In this document: piece by piece, positions 40,909 to 55,945 of the stretch
Position numbering within the stretch: the first letter of the stretch is position 1
Layout of the letters: every line of letters begins with the position of its first letter
Origin: Eledone cirrhosa
Taxonomy: Eukaryota
Direction: 5' to 3'
Assembly: GCA_964016885.1 (NCBI GenBank)
Contig: OZ024749.1
Coordinates: 43,400,001-43,464,000 of the forward strand
DNA length: 64,000 nucleotides
Program-made: the position numbers and the translations under genes
Notes under the pieces: model-generated
What the model saw: only the letters and a program-made list of their open reading frames with translations
What the model was told of the DNA's origin: nothing
Database searches by the model: none

Positions 40909-42000
40909 TATATCTAACAGATTGAGCGAACACGTAAAGGCAGCTTATAATGATTTTTGGTGAACAGTCATTCCCGATCAGGTTTGACGTGAGGATAAAT
41001 AACAACTGCTGTAATATACTAATTTGAACTTGCTACTGAAGGATACACAAATATTTAACAATTAACCAGAACTGTGTGGGAAGTTCTATTTTATTCAATC
41101 AACACGCAAGGTTGCCATGCAACTGTGTTGTTTCAGCAAGTTGTACTGAAACGAAATTCTATTTTATGATCAAGGTAAAGTTTTATATAGTGACAGTTTA
41201 CGATCAAGGTGAAGTTTTATATGTCTGACATTTTATGTCCTACGTAAAAGAAGGCTAGTTAAAATAAAAGAAGGTTTGAGAAGGTTACAGTTTATTGCCA
41301 AGTAGTATTTGCTGTTAAGCCAAATATATCTTAGAGAGCATTTATTAGTCATTACAGGATTTTCGTAAAATTCTTTCATTACTTCATAATATTTTTAGTA
41401 TTTTGAAATTGAATTATTAACGTCATTTTGTAAATTCTATTCCTAGTTATTTACAAAACACTTTTCTGTTTATATACGCATTAAATATATATTCATAAGG
41501 TAGAAACTGTAGAATCCGAAGAGACTGTGATACTTTGCATCACCAGAATAATAAATCCAAAAACTTCACACCGGAGTACAATAAAAGTATTTTACTGAGA
41601 GACATAATGTCTTACTTTTCAGGTAGAAGTCTTATTCAAATGTGTGAAACTGTACAAACCGAAGAACCTGTGGAGATTTACATCGTCAAATTTAATAAAT
41701 CAAACTTTCATCGCAGAGTATAATAAATCGTTTAAAGGTGAGACAAAAGATGCATCACCTTTCAGACAGAAATCTTAAGCAAAGTCTTCCAACAACATTA
41801 TATTGGTGTCTTTTCACATCTTGAAATATCTCATAAGAGGTGGGTATCAGTTAAAGAATTCGTTAGCCCCGAGGAGCAGCTTGTTCGACCTGTGCTGGCG
41901 AAAATGAACCCGTCCATATTCATCGGCTTATATATATATATACATATATATTTATATATACACACATATATATATATAAATATATATATGTGTATAAATA

Positions 42001-42072
<72 letters not shown>

Positions 42073-42124
42073 TATATATATATGTGTATATATATATATA
42101 AATATATATATGTGTATAAATATA

Positions 42125-42205
<81 letters not shown>

Positions 42206-42233
42206 ATATATATATATAAATATATACATATAT

Positions 42234-42342
<109 letters not shown>

Positions 42343-42352
42343 CATATATATA

Positions 42353-42386
42353 TTATTGTTCTGTGAATATTATCCCATAATTTCGG

Positions 42387-42422
<36 letters not shown>

Positions 42423-42605
42423 TAACAGATTAAAGTTTAAGCAAAGAATCGCTGCTTTCACCCTTAACGGGATCTTCTGAAATTATTACTATATATATAT
42501 TATTACTATATATATATTATTACTATATATATATATAATTTCAGCGAGATCGGATTTTGGTTGGCTGTGGTCGAAAACAAAGCGAAACACGCAATATCCG
42601 AGTTA

Positions 42606-42656
<51 letters not shown>

Positions 42657-42815
42657 ATAATATATATATAGTAATAATTTCAGAAGATCCCGTTAAGGGT
42701 GAAAGCAGCGATTCTTTGCTTAAACTTTAATCTGTTATTTTAATAAATATATATATATATATATATAAATATATATATCACCCGAAATTATGGGATAATA
42801 TTCACAGAACAATAA
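42353..42815. repeat. Compound fold-back containing two inverted P2 arms
   Basis: Outer arms at 42353-42391 and 42776-42815, (TA)n, P2 arms at 42415-42482 and 42678-42746, TTATTACTATA reiterations, and a unique centre of about 70 bp. Confidence 0.9.
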
Positions 42816-43253
42816 AAGTAATTAGACATATACTGTAGTATTTATTAAGTCTGATCTTTAGCAGTACAGCTACAACTCCTGACATAGTTCGTTATTATTA
42901 GATCTCATTAGCGTTATTATTAGATCTCACCATTTTCCTAAATAGTTTCGATATTTAAGTATAAGATTTATACTAATGTTATTTACCGATTACAGAATGA
43001 TAAATATCCTTCTCAGGACTATATATAAAACCTATACACTAGCATTGGAATATTGTCAAGATCTAATGATCGACCCTTATTTTCAAGAATTAATCACAAA
43101 TGCTCTTTCTATCTAGTACCACTGTCTTTATATCTACCGTTTCTTTGATAATGTCATCCTTCTTATCTACTATACACCACACTTTTTCGACACCATCCCA
43201 TTCTTTTTCCTCATCATCATCATCATCATCATGATCTCCATCATCATCATCAT

Positions 43254-43288
<35 letters not shown>

Positions 43289-43880
43289 TAAACAACAATA
43301 TCAAAGATTTTATTATGTTTCCAGTTCCTGACAAATTCTATCTAATTTCTCAACTGAAAACAGGTAATTAGGATAACTTGATTTTCCTATCGACAATTTA
43401 CAAAATTAGAAAATTACAAAGCAAACGAAATTTACAATTCCTGCCCTGAAGACACACTTTGGCAATTCATTTGACGTATTCCAATTGTTTCCGTCCTGAT
43501 TCTACCCCGATACCACCTAAAACCATTTAGCATATAGAACAAGAAATACAACATAAATGTCATTTGATATTTCTAACGAATGTTTCAATAAGCAATATAA
43601 TAGCTGTAGGGTCACAAGATTCTGTTCAACGAAATGATCCATTGAATTACGAATATAACGGGACAGCTAATTGTTATACACATCAAGAACATATAATCAT
43701 CGCCCATTACATTTAAATCTTACAACCGTTATTTAGAAATTCATACAACGTTTCTTTGATCTGTTGAACCTCGTGTCAGTTCTCATCAAACGTCAAACCA
43801 AATCTCTCAAAATAGAACAACTATACGGAACTTGTACAGACATTTCCTTTTTTTTCACAATATCTCTAATTATCATTGCG

Positions 43881-44046
43881 TGGGAGCAGCTATGGCTAAG
43901 TGGATGAGAAGCTCACTTCGCACTCGTGATGTCTGGAGTTCGACCCCACTGCTTGATATCTGAAGCAAGTGTATTTATGATTACCGTGGGTCGACGTGAG
44001 TTATGTACGTGAGATTGGAGAGACAGAAACAGGGTGGAAGCCCATC
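43881..44046 (+). mobile_element. Diverged CORE-type SINE (family B head)
   Basis: ATGGCTAAGTGG A-box, GAGTTCGACCCC B-box, GCAAGTGT core, ending GGAAGCCCATC. Confidence 0.65.
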
Positions 44047-46007
44047 AAATAGATTGTACCTGTAATTCAAAGATTAAGCCTCGTCAAATACCATTTCGCG
44101 CTGATTACACCTGCAATATGGTGAGAGGTAACAAAAAGAATCATACCACATCGTCCCTCGCGCGAGTAATCAAGGGACTCGTTCAAACCTTAAGTAGAGA
44201 GGCTTGTTCGAAAAATATACTGCAGTCTCCATTTCATGCTGTAAAAACTGCTCATGGGCCCGCAACCTGTCATAGGAAGCGTGTGATGGACTCACAAATA
44301 GTGTGTATCCCGAGACACCAAAGAGGGCTCGAAAGGATGTAAAACTTGACAAAGGGAATCGGGAACATCACTATCTGCTATAATCTATCAAATCTTTTCC
44401 TCGAACTTCAGTGACTTGGTCATTAACATAATTCTACAATACAGTGGAATTGTGTCAAATATCGCCTAGAGATGTTAGAGGCGAACTGCTTTAACACTTT
44501 ATGGTAGGTCGTACTTTTAAGAAAGAAAGCGGGGAGTATATATACACTATAAAGCATTTGTTTCGATGCTTTACTAAGGCAATTTCAATTAAGATTGTAT
44601 CTAAATGCCAGATACCATTTAACACCGTGTCTCAAGTGTCTACAACGGCTAATTCTTTCTCGCGTGATATTAGATTTAATTTCAAAGCTGTCACTAATCC
44701 AGCTGAAATTGCCAAATACTAAAATAGTTATTCTTAAGCATAACAGTGTATCTTCTTTCTCTCATATCATGAAGTGTCGCAACGTTCAATAAATTTCTGT
44801 AACGTTTTGCATCAAATAATATATCCGTTAATTCTCTCAGCAAAAATGTATGTCAAGTAAAATTAAAGTAGCAATCCTTCTCTGCATATGTTCATTATGA
44901 AATCTGTTGCCTAGGGAGCTTCGTCTTTTCTAAATGTCATCCTTAATCAACTAATATACCAATATGGACATTGCAGATATAACAATTTACATTCTACGTC
45001 AGAAGCAAGGAATTGACCAAATTCTCCAAAGTCCGTGCTTTGTACGCAGTTTTAGATAATACAATTACACTGTTACATAGTAATACTAACTCGGTGTAGA
45101 GAGACACGGGATAAAAATTACCATTTTAAACGAAAAAATAATCTAATGGTGTTGTAAATGTTGTAAGTGAAATAACAATCATGTGATCAATGGTTGCGTC
45201 GATGAAATGAATTTGATAATTATTTTAGACTGCGTATGTCTGTCTAGACTTCTTACGCGGTACTTGCATTCTTTTAACTTTAACATCTAATAATTTTAGA
45301 ATACGTTGTTCGACTTCGTCCTACTAGTTTAACTGTTTATCACTAAAGCGATCATTATGATAGATATTTTATTTAAGTAAACACAAGTCTTGAATTTGTA
45401 GCTGGTATTTTAGTTTAGGGAAGATGGCAGTGCAGTGAACGTGGTCTTCAATGTTACCTTGGGTTACTTGGTATTGGTTACGCTTGAAAACCTCTGGTCT
45501 GGAGTTAAGGTTCCATGGGAGAGGGGGGCGTAAATATAATCGATCGACTGGAAAATACATCACCGAAATCTCCTATCTCTCCTTTTATATTTTCATAGAA
45601 ATCACATACAATCCTTTACATTGGACTGGATATCAGTTTTGCAGTATTTTGCAGTATTTTCCTTTTGGACATGACGTTAAAGTAAACACTTATTTACTAT
45701 ACACACATCTTTGTTTTGGTTTCATATCATATTTTTCGTTCAGCAGCACATTGCTGTGCCTAATCATTGCCCCTGTTTGTAAACAAGTTGATTGAATCAG
45801 CGAGATTTAAGAGTTTTGACCATAACCGCAACACGACCTCGCTTACTATTTTATGTGTTTTCTGACTATGTGAAGTTCGGCTGTGTGTAGATATGTGTGG
45901 GTGAATGTGTGAGGGGGAGAGATAGAAACAAATAGAGAGAGCGTCTGTAGATGTGTGAGCGAGGGTTTGTAGATGTGTGTGTGTAATATTCAGTAGTATA
46001 TGTTTGT

Positions 46008-46021
46008 GAGATTCATTTCAA

Positions 46022-46071
<50 letters not shown>

Positions 46072-46330
46072 AGAAGGAGAGATTCATCTGCGTGCGTGTT
46101 TGTGTGAAGGAGAGAGATGGAGAAAGGGTGAGAGAGAGAGGGAGAGAGAGATTCATCTGTGTGTGAGAGAGAGAAAGAGGGAGAGAGAGATTCATCTGTG
46201 TGTGAGAGAGAGAGGGAGAGAGAAATCCATCTCTGTGTGTGAGAGAGAGAGTGAAAGAGTGAGAGAGAGATTCATCGCTGTGTCTGTGTTTGTGTGTGTT
46301 TGTGTGTGAGAGAGAGATTCATCTGTGTGT
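46008..46330. repeat. Compound minisatellite GAGATTCATCTGTGTGTGAGAG with variable (GA)n
   Basis: GAGATTCAT(C) recurs about 7 times. Confidence 0.85.
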
Positions 46331-46961
46331 GTGTGTGTGTGTGTACGTGTGTGTGTGTATGTGTGTGTGTTTGTGTGTGTACTATTATTTTTTTTTTTAT
46401 CATTTTCTCTACTTTGATTAAATATTGAAATATTCGTGTGTAACAAAATAAAATGGCGGCAATATAATTCATTTCTGATTCGTAAAAAATACATTAAAAA
46501 AACCCAAAACCTCTTTCATATCCTAAACAAGAACATTCACCCCGTAAAACAAAGGGGAGAGAATATAATGTTGATGTATCACCTATTGAGTGTTCTATAG
46601 CTTTGCTATATTTTCGCTTTGTGAACATATGGCCCAATGTTAGGCTACGGTCAAATGAAGGAATAAAGGCCAAATATAAACGAAATGCCACAATATAAAT
46701 CACACCAAAATAAATTAATGACGTTAGGTTGATATTGTTGTGGTTCTTGTTGTTGTTGGGGGTGTTGTTGTTGTTGATGATGTTGTTGTTGTGGTTGTTG
46801 TAGTTGTGGTTGTTGTTGTGGTTGCCTATCCGCCGCGCAACACAAATATTTTTCAACACGGATGAACACGTGTTAGTTCTAACAGTATTTGACGTTTGGC
46901 CTTTTTTTTCGTTTTCATTGGTTTTCATTCATTCCTATAAAAAATTCTTTGAAATATATAA

Positions 46962-47025
<64 letters not shown>

Positions 47026-47070
47026 TCATTATCATCGATTACCGTCCATCTTCTACGTTAGTATACACAC

Positions 47071-47158
<88 letters not shown>

Positions 47159-47338
47159 GAGAGAAAAGTGACAAAGAGAAAGACACACATGCATATGCCT
47201 ATATATCATTATGTACCTAAATGTTTATACTATATATGTGTATATATATATATACACACATATATGTGTATATGCATGGCCTCCGCCGGATGGCTGGAAC
47301 AGGTAAAAGACTATATAATATATATAATATATATATAC

Positions 47339-47381
<43 letters not shown>

Positions 47382-47478
47382 ATTTTTTTTTTTTAATATG
47401 TATATATATATATTATATATATATATATATACATATTAAAAAAAAAAATGTTTAAATATATATGTATGTATGTATGTA

Positions 47479-47510
<32 letters not shown>

Positions 47511-47539
47511 CATACATATATATACATATATATATATAT

Positions 47540-47672
47540 TTATTAAAATAACAGATTAAAGTTTAAGCAAAGAATCACTGCTTTCACCCTTAATGGTTCT
47601 TATATATTTGATATATATTTATCCTTATCGAGCCTTCTTTGGATTTTAGTCTTCAAATTTATTATTATTACT
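47540..47672 (+). mobile_element. Family P2, collapsed
   Basis: Inverted arm up to CCCTTAA joined to the tail TGGTTCTTATATA. Confidence 0.8.
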
Positions 47673-47676
47673 ATAT

Positions 47677-47855
47677 GATTGGCAGTATTGGTAGAGTGTC
47701 GGATGCCATGCTTTGGCGCATAGAGTTTCGGCCCTTGCCATTCTGAATTCAAATCCCGCCGAGGTTAACTTTGCCTTTCATCCTTACGGGGTCGATAAAA
47801 TAAAGTACCAGTAATACACTGGAAAATTGCTGGCCTTGTGCCTAACATAGAAACA
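47677..47855 (+). mobile_element. SINE family A inserted at the 3' end of a P2 copy, 10-bp TSD
   Basis: ATTACTATAT at 47667-47676 and 47856-47865. Confidence 0.9.
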
Positions 47856-47870
47856 ATTACTATATATATA

Positions 47871-47930
<60 letters not shown>

Positions 47931-47932
<2 letters not shown>

Positions 47933-48123
47933 AACCAGTAAGACCCCGACGGCTGAGCTCAAGCCGTTTCGCCGGCTAATTCTAATGAGTCCAGAATTAG
48001 CCGTCGAAACGGCTCGAGCTCAGCCGTCGGGGTCTTACTGGTTCCTATTACCCACTCTACTACCCCAAGTATTGAGTACTTTGGTGCGTTATGGTCCACC
48101 TGGTTCCTTACCACATTTCCTTC

Positions 48124-48126
<3 letters not shown>
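47931..48126 (+). mobile_element. Family P1 hairpin-plus-tail element
   Basis: Arms GGAACCAGTAAGACCCCG / CGGGGTCTTACTGGTTCC, tail, (TA)n flanks. Confidence 0.82.
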
Positions 48127-48203
<77 letters not shown>

Positions 48204-48474
48204 ACGAAACATCCGGCAAAACGACACTGAATATAATGAAATAAATTAAAACAAAGGAGATGCCGATCCATGGCAGGATCACTTTGTAAACACCAAAAAG
48301 AAAATGGTGGTTGTAACTAAAATAGAGTAATTGAATTGTTAGTTTGTATAGTTGTTTTATTACCCACCACAGTGGCAAATCGCAACAGGAATAATGCTAC
48401 TGTTTCAACATGTCCGCTATTTGTTACATGATATCAAAAATAAGATATTCCCTTTGAAATATTCTTTAATCTCA

Positions 48475-48562
<88 letters not shown>

Positions 48563-48569
48563 ATATATG

Positions 48570-48628
<59 letters not shown>

Positions 48629-48711
48629 ATATATGTATATATATATATATATGTATGTATATATTTATGTATATATGTATATTTCTATATGTATATATAT
48701 ATATATGTATA

Positions 48712-48770
<59 letters not shown>

Positions 48771-48776
48771 ATATAA

Positions 48777-48841
<65 letters not shown>

Positions 48842-49044
48842 CCTCTCTCACATTCTACATATGGTTGTTTGTTCTTCATCTTATCTCTCCTGTAACGACT
48901 GCTTCTTTCTCTCACCTGTTATTATCTTTTCGCTTTGTTTTTTTAATCTTTTGTCATTTGAAATATTACGTTAAAATATTTGTCCCTCATCACATACTCT
49001 ACCATTCGCTCTCTCTCTCTATCACTGTGTCTTCCTTCGTCGCT

Positions 49045-49159
<115 letters not shown>

Positions 49160-49740
49160 TCCCGCTCGCCCTCTCTCCATATCCCTCATCAAATATATTC
49201 GTTCATACTTTGCTTTATTTTGCTATCCCTCTATCCGATTCCACATTCTCTCTCTTTCCCATCTATTTTATCACCCTAACCCTTTTTCTCTCTCCCTCAA
49301 TCCTACTCTTACTTTCATTCTCTCTCCCGCTCTCTCTCTCCCTCTCTCTCTCTCTGACTCTTTCTCTCTCTTTCTCTCATTCTCTCTCTTTCTCTCATTC
49401 TCTCTCTTTCTCTCTCTCTCTTACCTTCACTCTCTCTCTCTCTCTCTCTTTCTCTTACCTTCACTCACTCTGTCTCCATATTCCACGGACTTTGTTCAAG
49501 AACTTAATATATTCCTGTGATTACTGATGCAAACACAGTTCAAAGAGGTACCAGAATTGTGTTGGAAAGCCTTTGTTCAATTTTATGGTGAGCGGAGTTT
49601 GCAAACAACACCTAATTTATAACCTTGCATCAAATATCATAAACAAAACGCCAAGGCCACATCGTAAACATAATAATTGTAATCAATCAAAACAACACCT
49701 ATAAATAACCACATACAAAAAATAAAGTTGAAAATCAAAA

Positions 49741-49781
<41 letters not shown>

Positions 49782-49784
<3 letters not shown>

Positions 49785-49863
49785 GGTGTTCTGAAAAAGG
49801 TATACCCTTTTTGAATAGAATGCTGTTGAAGTGCGTATTCATTTTTGGGAGAGGCACACACCC

Positions 49864-49864
<1 letters not shown>
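49782..49864. mobile_element. Tc1/mariner-type mini MITE
   Basis: TA-CAGGGTGTTCTGAAAAAGGTATAC ... CACCCT; internal GAATGCTGTTGAAGTG shared with 9652-9740. Confidence 0.72.
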
Positions 49865-49939
<75 letters not shown>

Positions 49940-51187
49940 CATGTGTGTCTCTCTCTGTGTGTGTGTGTGTCAGTGTATGTGTGTATAAATCTGAATCTAT
50001 TACAGATGAACACAATTCCCATTTTTGATTAAGGAAGTAAATACAATATGACGCTTTGTAAAATGGTCTATTTTCATGACTGTCACTAAACAGCTATCAA
50101 CGTTTTTGTCTTTTGATATCAAAAGTATTTCAGCATTACAATATTTCAGCAGTTTCCATGTTTTATCAGTTAATGAATTATATATAAGTATACGCAATAT
50201 ATATAGTTATCAAATACATAATGACTGAAGTCTTCTCCACATATAATTTATAACCTTTTTTAAATATATTTGTATATTGTTAAATTCATTGTAACAGTCT
50301 TTGATATTATAAATATCTCAACATTACCATACTTTATTAGTTACTTTCTCTGTGTTTAAACAGTTAATAACTTAATATATAGTTATGATATAGCACTAGA
50401 TATATGTATATTTCAATGGATATATTTTTCATAGCTTGATATCGTATGTTTATATATTATTTAATATATTTTATAGGTACTTGATATAATATAATAGTTA
50501 CTTTATTCCGTGTGTATACTGGTAATGAATTAAATAATTTATAGTTATATGCATATTCACTAAAGTATTTTTCATGTATATTTGATGACGTATATTTTTA
50601 CATTAATTTATTTCGTCGTCCTTTGATATCATAAATATCTCGGCGTTAATATATTTTAGTCGTCAGATCTATCATTGTTTAATCAGTTAATAAGTTATAT
50701 AATATATATAATATTTATTCATGAAATACATATTCATATATATATATATATATGTATATATCTATAGAGAGAGAGAGAATGAGAGAGAGAGATATAGATA
50801 TATAGTTATAGATATAGATATATACTTATTTGATATATATCATTACTTAAGTCATTGTATCGGCTTTTGATACCAAAAGATGTTTCTGCATTTCCATATT
50901 TTAGTAGTTACGTTCCTGTGTGTTTAAATAGTTAATAAATACAGTAATATAAATTTATTAAATACATATTCACTGAAGTTTAATTTTTCTTTACATAAAT
51001 TTGAAAATTTGTTTATCTGGCATAATCAAAATTATACGAGGAGCGAATAAAATGTTCTCATCAAATCGTGAAGAAGAAGATATGTTAAGGAAACCTCATT
51101 GAGCAATTCAGGTTCGATCCCACCACGCTGTCATTTAACAAACGCATTACTAAGTATTAACACTAGAAAATATGTGACACCGATATA

Positions 51188-51386
51188 CAAGGGTTGACTG
51201 AAATGTCATAGGTTGACCATGAAGGACTGATGATAGTGCTGTGAAATCTTGCATGCATAAATTTCAACTCTTCATATTAATAACCGTATTGTTTCTTTCC
51301 AGAGGCTATGTTAAAAATTACACCTCATTTGGTCATTCCATGAGAGTATCTTGTGGACAGACTATGAACTTTTCAACCGATTCGCG
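51188..51386. mobile_element. mariner-type MITE, same family as 21271-21465
   Basis: Degenerate TIRs with TA flanks; internal sequence is colinear. Confidence 0.82.
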
Positions 51387-51390
51387 TACT

Positions 51391-51427
<37 letters not shown>

Positions 51428-51429
<2 letters not shown>

Positions 51430-51608
51430 CGAAGGAAATGTGGTAAGGAACCAGATGGACCATAATGCACCAAAGTACTCAATACTTAGGGTAGTAGAGT
51501 GGGTAATAGGAACGAGTAGGACCCCGACGCCTGAGCTCAAGCCGTTTCGACGGCTAATTCTGGACTAAAAAACGGCTTGAGCTCAGCCGTCGGGGTCCTA
51601 CTCGTTCC
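51428..51608 (-). mobile_element. Family P1 hairpin-plus-tail element, reverse orientation
   Basis: Reverse complement of the P1 tail, then a palindrome with one shortened arm; (TA)n flanks. Confidence 0.82.
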
Positions 51609-51786
51609 TATATATATAGGGTATTGCAATCGCTTGTCAAATTCAGATGTGTGACGCTCGGATATAGCTTTTCAAGTCTACCTGAGACTTGCACTCCTTC
51701 GTACATTGACGACAGCTATGGATCTCGCTGGCCTCAGGTCTTGCATCAGGTACCCTGTGAACCTTGTATTTAAATATGTATCTATG

Positions 51787-51850
<64 letters not shown>

Positions 51851-52390
51851 GTTATTCCGTCGGAAAAGTCCAGGAAAAAAGAGTGTATGTATATATATAT
51901 GTGTGTGTGTGTGTATATATATATGTATGTGTGTGTATGTATGTATATATATATGTTTATGTATATATATATGCATGTATATGTGTGTGTGTATGCACGT
52001 TTGTGTATTTGTATGTATGTGTATGTATGGATATGTTGATATTTGTGTGTGTATGTATGTATGGGTATATGTATGTGTATGGATATATATACACATATAT
52101 ATGTGCGTGTGTGTGTGTATATGTGTGTGTGTATGTATGTGTGTATGTATATATATATATATGTGTGTATGTATATATGTGTGTGTGTGTGTGTTTGCAT
52201 GTGTGTTTTTATTTTTCCTTTCCTTCTTCCTTTTCCAGCCTCACTTTCATATAGATTATATTTTTGTTTTTAAAATCCAACGCCAATAAATACACCAGGA
52301 TTATTTTCATTCTGATGATTGAAAGCAACATTTTTTTGCTTTTAAGAAACCACTGGTAAATGAAATAATCGCCTTATGTTGTTTATTACA

Positions 52391-52430
<40 letters not shown>

Positions 52431-52432
<2 letters not shown>

Positions 52433-52749
52433 AACAAAAGATGGTTAAAAGAGTTCCATGTATTTTATTATGCGCATTTCAAAAACAAATATCATCATGC
52501 AATAATATTTGTGTTTTCATCAGATAAAATAGGAAGACATGATATGAAGGTTAAAAAACAGTTTTAAATCAACATATTATTGCATGATGATATTTGTTTT
52601 TGAAATGCGCATAATAAAATACATGGAACTCTTTTCACCATCTTTTGTTCTTATATATTATGTATACTCCAGTCCTACAACCTGTAGAGTGCTTCTTATC
52701 CGATATCTGCATTGCTTTCTTGTACTACAATAAAACTCACCTCCTACAT

Positions 52750-52750
<1 letters not shown>
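52431..52750 (+). mobile_element. Hairpin-plus-tail element family P4
   Basis: 78-bp arms at 52431-52508 and 52574-52651, 65-bp loop, 100-bp tail, (TA)n flanks; degenerate hammerhead signature ATGATGA...GAAA-TGCGCA-TA. Confidence 0.72.
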
Positions 52751-52820
<70 letters not shown>

Positions 52821-52860
52821 CATATATAAATACACACACACTTATATATATATGCATATA

Positions 52861-52897
<37 letters not shown>

Positions 52898-52916
52898 GTG
52901 TGTGCGTGTATATATG

Positions 52917-52971
<55 letters not shown>

Positions 52972-53964
52972 CGGAGTATTTGTGTTTACGGATTTAACAT
53001 CAAATGTTTCAACCATATTTCACATTTATTCGTCTATATTTACAGCACTTATTCAATATATTTATTTTCCATTATTCGCGGCAACGTATGTCAATGACAG
53101 AAGGGAAGAGAATAATCGAAAGCTATTCAGTGGCTAGAAGCTATTAAAATATAGGCTTGTGCCAACACACTAGTTTACCTAGGACCGACAGCGAGACAGA
53201 TAATAAGAGAGATATAGAAAAATGTAGGAGGGATGAAATGAATGAAAACAAAGCGTTAAAGTTAGGAAACAGTGTTTCAACAACGATGTGAAATTATTTT
53301 AGTTATAAAAGTATGTTGGCCGAAAGCCACAACTATGTACAGAAATTCACTATGGATGGTGATCGCATTGTCGGCAACTGAGATGAGAAAATAAAAGTAT
53401 CTCGGCTTCTGGCAATGAAATAAGCAAAAACTCATTCTTCAAATTTGTAAAACTTCCATATAAATTGAAAGTTATGACCGCTGATTTCTCCGCTAATAAT
53501 AGAGTATCGTCTGGTGTGTGACTTGCTGCCGTGACTCCAAAGAAGATGAATGGAAAGGCCAAGTTATGAAGTATTTTCTAATAGTATTAATTATGTACCG
53601 AAACTTAAATTAGTCTATCGATATTCATTTAGGAATAAAGAAGGCGTGTGCGTGTGCGTATGGTCTCGCTATAATTTCTGAGAAAACCTCGGGAGCAATG
53701 TTCTCCCCAAATTGATAAAATATGTATTAGTCGTATACCACCTATCGATTCATTCACACCAACAATTAAATGTTGGCTTCACGATCATTCAAACCAACAT
53801 ATACTACGTTTGATTTCAGTTTACTGAAAAGTGCAGTGAAATTTCAAAGGTAGTTTCAATGAAAATTTTAAACTCCAAGTTTTCAGGATATTTATTTGAG
53901 GTAATTTTACTTCTCATACAGAACATATCTTCTTTGGAAAGGTCAAGCTCATTATCCTATTTGG

Positions 53965-54057
<93 letters not shown>

Positions 54058-55270
54058 GCATGGGCGTCTGTGCTTTGTGCGTGAGTGCTTGTGTGTGCGT
54101 ATGTGTTCGTGAATGTTAGTGTGTGTGTGTGTGAGAGAGAGAGAGTGCGTGTGTGTGTGAGTGTGTGTGTATGTGTGTGTTTGGGGGGGGGTATATGTGT
54201 GTGTAACCAAAAGTAGTTAAATGCTTAGCAAAAGCTTAAAGACTTGTAATGTTAATATAAATATATATAGATGCCCGATATTTTGTTTTATGAATTTGTA
54301 GTGAGATGGGATACATCCGGTTTAAGATTTCTAAGACAGGCGCTGTATCATTACGACTCCAGGAAGTGTTAAGGACCTTATATTTTATATATTTTACTTG
54401 TTTTATAACAAGGAGTATGTGTGACCAATGCTATACTTTTACCAACAACTCGTCAGTAATGTACAGCACATCAAGCTATTTTCATATTTCGCTATTTTAT
54501 AAAATTCGAACTTTCTCATAAATGTTTTAAAAAATTTTCTCTCTCAATTTATTTCAATATTTGTTTTATTAAAGTTTGAAATTTACTTGAATAATACATT
54601 TTTTTTCATTTCCCTTTAACATTTTAATATTTTATAACATTCGATTATTGTTATGAACGTTCAAAAGCTATTTTACGATTATTTTTTTCTGCAATCTTTC
54701 TTATAAATGTTACAACATTATTTCATATTTGTTTTCATCTACATTAGAAACGTTTAAGAAAACATAAACGCAAATTATTAGAGGTCAGCTAAATATCTAT
54801 GTTATGCGACTATTTATTTCGAACTTATGAATGTTTAAAATATGTTTCAATTTGGTTTTGTTTTTCTATCTGTTTTGTGAGTGAAGTGGTGCTTTTTAAT
54901 AAACTATGTGTATGTAAGCAGCTATCTAATAACTTATATAAGACTTGAAAGGGGATATTTAGCTGAGAGAGTAGACAAAATAAGCACGATAGCCATATGT
55001 GGTTGACAAGTCGCGTTCTAAAAGGTATAACAAATGGAATTGATTTCCTGAGTAGCAAAAGTATTATACGTGGTTCCTAGAAATTAGTATTAAATATAAA
55101 TCATCGGTGAAAGCATTTGCAGGACTTTTTACATTAACAAAGAACTAAAAATACGGCGCCCGATAGTAACTTATTTTATAAGTCATTTTTATAGCATCTC
55201 TGTGCTTAGCGTGAACCTAATAAACCTGTATTTTTCTGCCTCACTGTTTTATTCCCGCCTAAATTTGCAC

Positions 55271-55368
<98 letters not shown>

Positions 55369-55945
55369 CTCATCGATTGAAAGCCGAATATTCAGCTTCG
55401 TCCGCATTTGAAAATACACTATTATAGTATTTTTTTCTTTTAATATTGAACGAACTATTTAAATCTAAAATTAAACGTGACGTTTTACATACGATTTAAA
55501 CTCTTGTAACAGTTTCATCACAAACAAACCTATTGAATTAAAGGATTCATTTCTTGTTTTTAATATTGAATCAAAAGAATTTAAATTCAAATGTTATGTT
55601 TACAACCGTTGTACCTAACAAAGCTGTAGGTCACATTCACAAAATAATTTTAAAAAATGTTCTCATTCACAGTTGTATGAATAACATTAAAAATATTGGC
55701 AGAGTTGGCTTAAAAACCATTGATGATTAAAAAAAAGATAGATAAAAGCAAAATTAAGTAAGGAGAAAAGGTGGAAGGGGTAAAGCCAGAAATGAGAGGG
55801 AAAGGTGGAGAAAAGGAAGGGAAATACAAGGATTCTATGGTCACAGAAGAAGGGAGGATGAAAGGAAGAGGGGGATTAAGTCTGGGTCTAGGGCGAAGCG
55901 GTCTTGGGGCTGCGCCCCGCAGACGGGGCTGTAAAAGCGAAATAT

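Noticed and set aside
47982-48030. Complete hammerhead in the P1 copy using CUAAUGA
   Set aside because: G5 is missing and stems I and II do not pair; the sequence lies at the fold-back junction.
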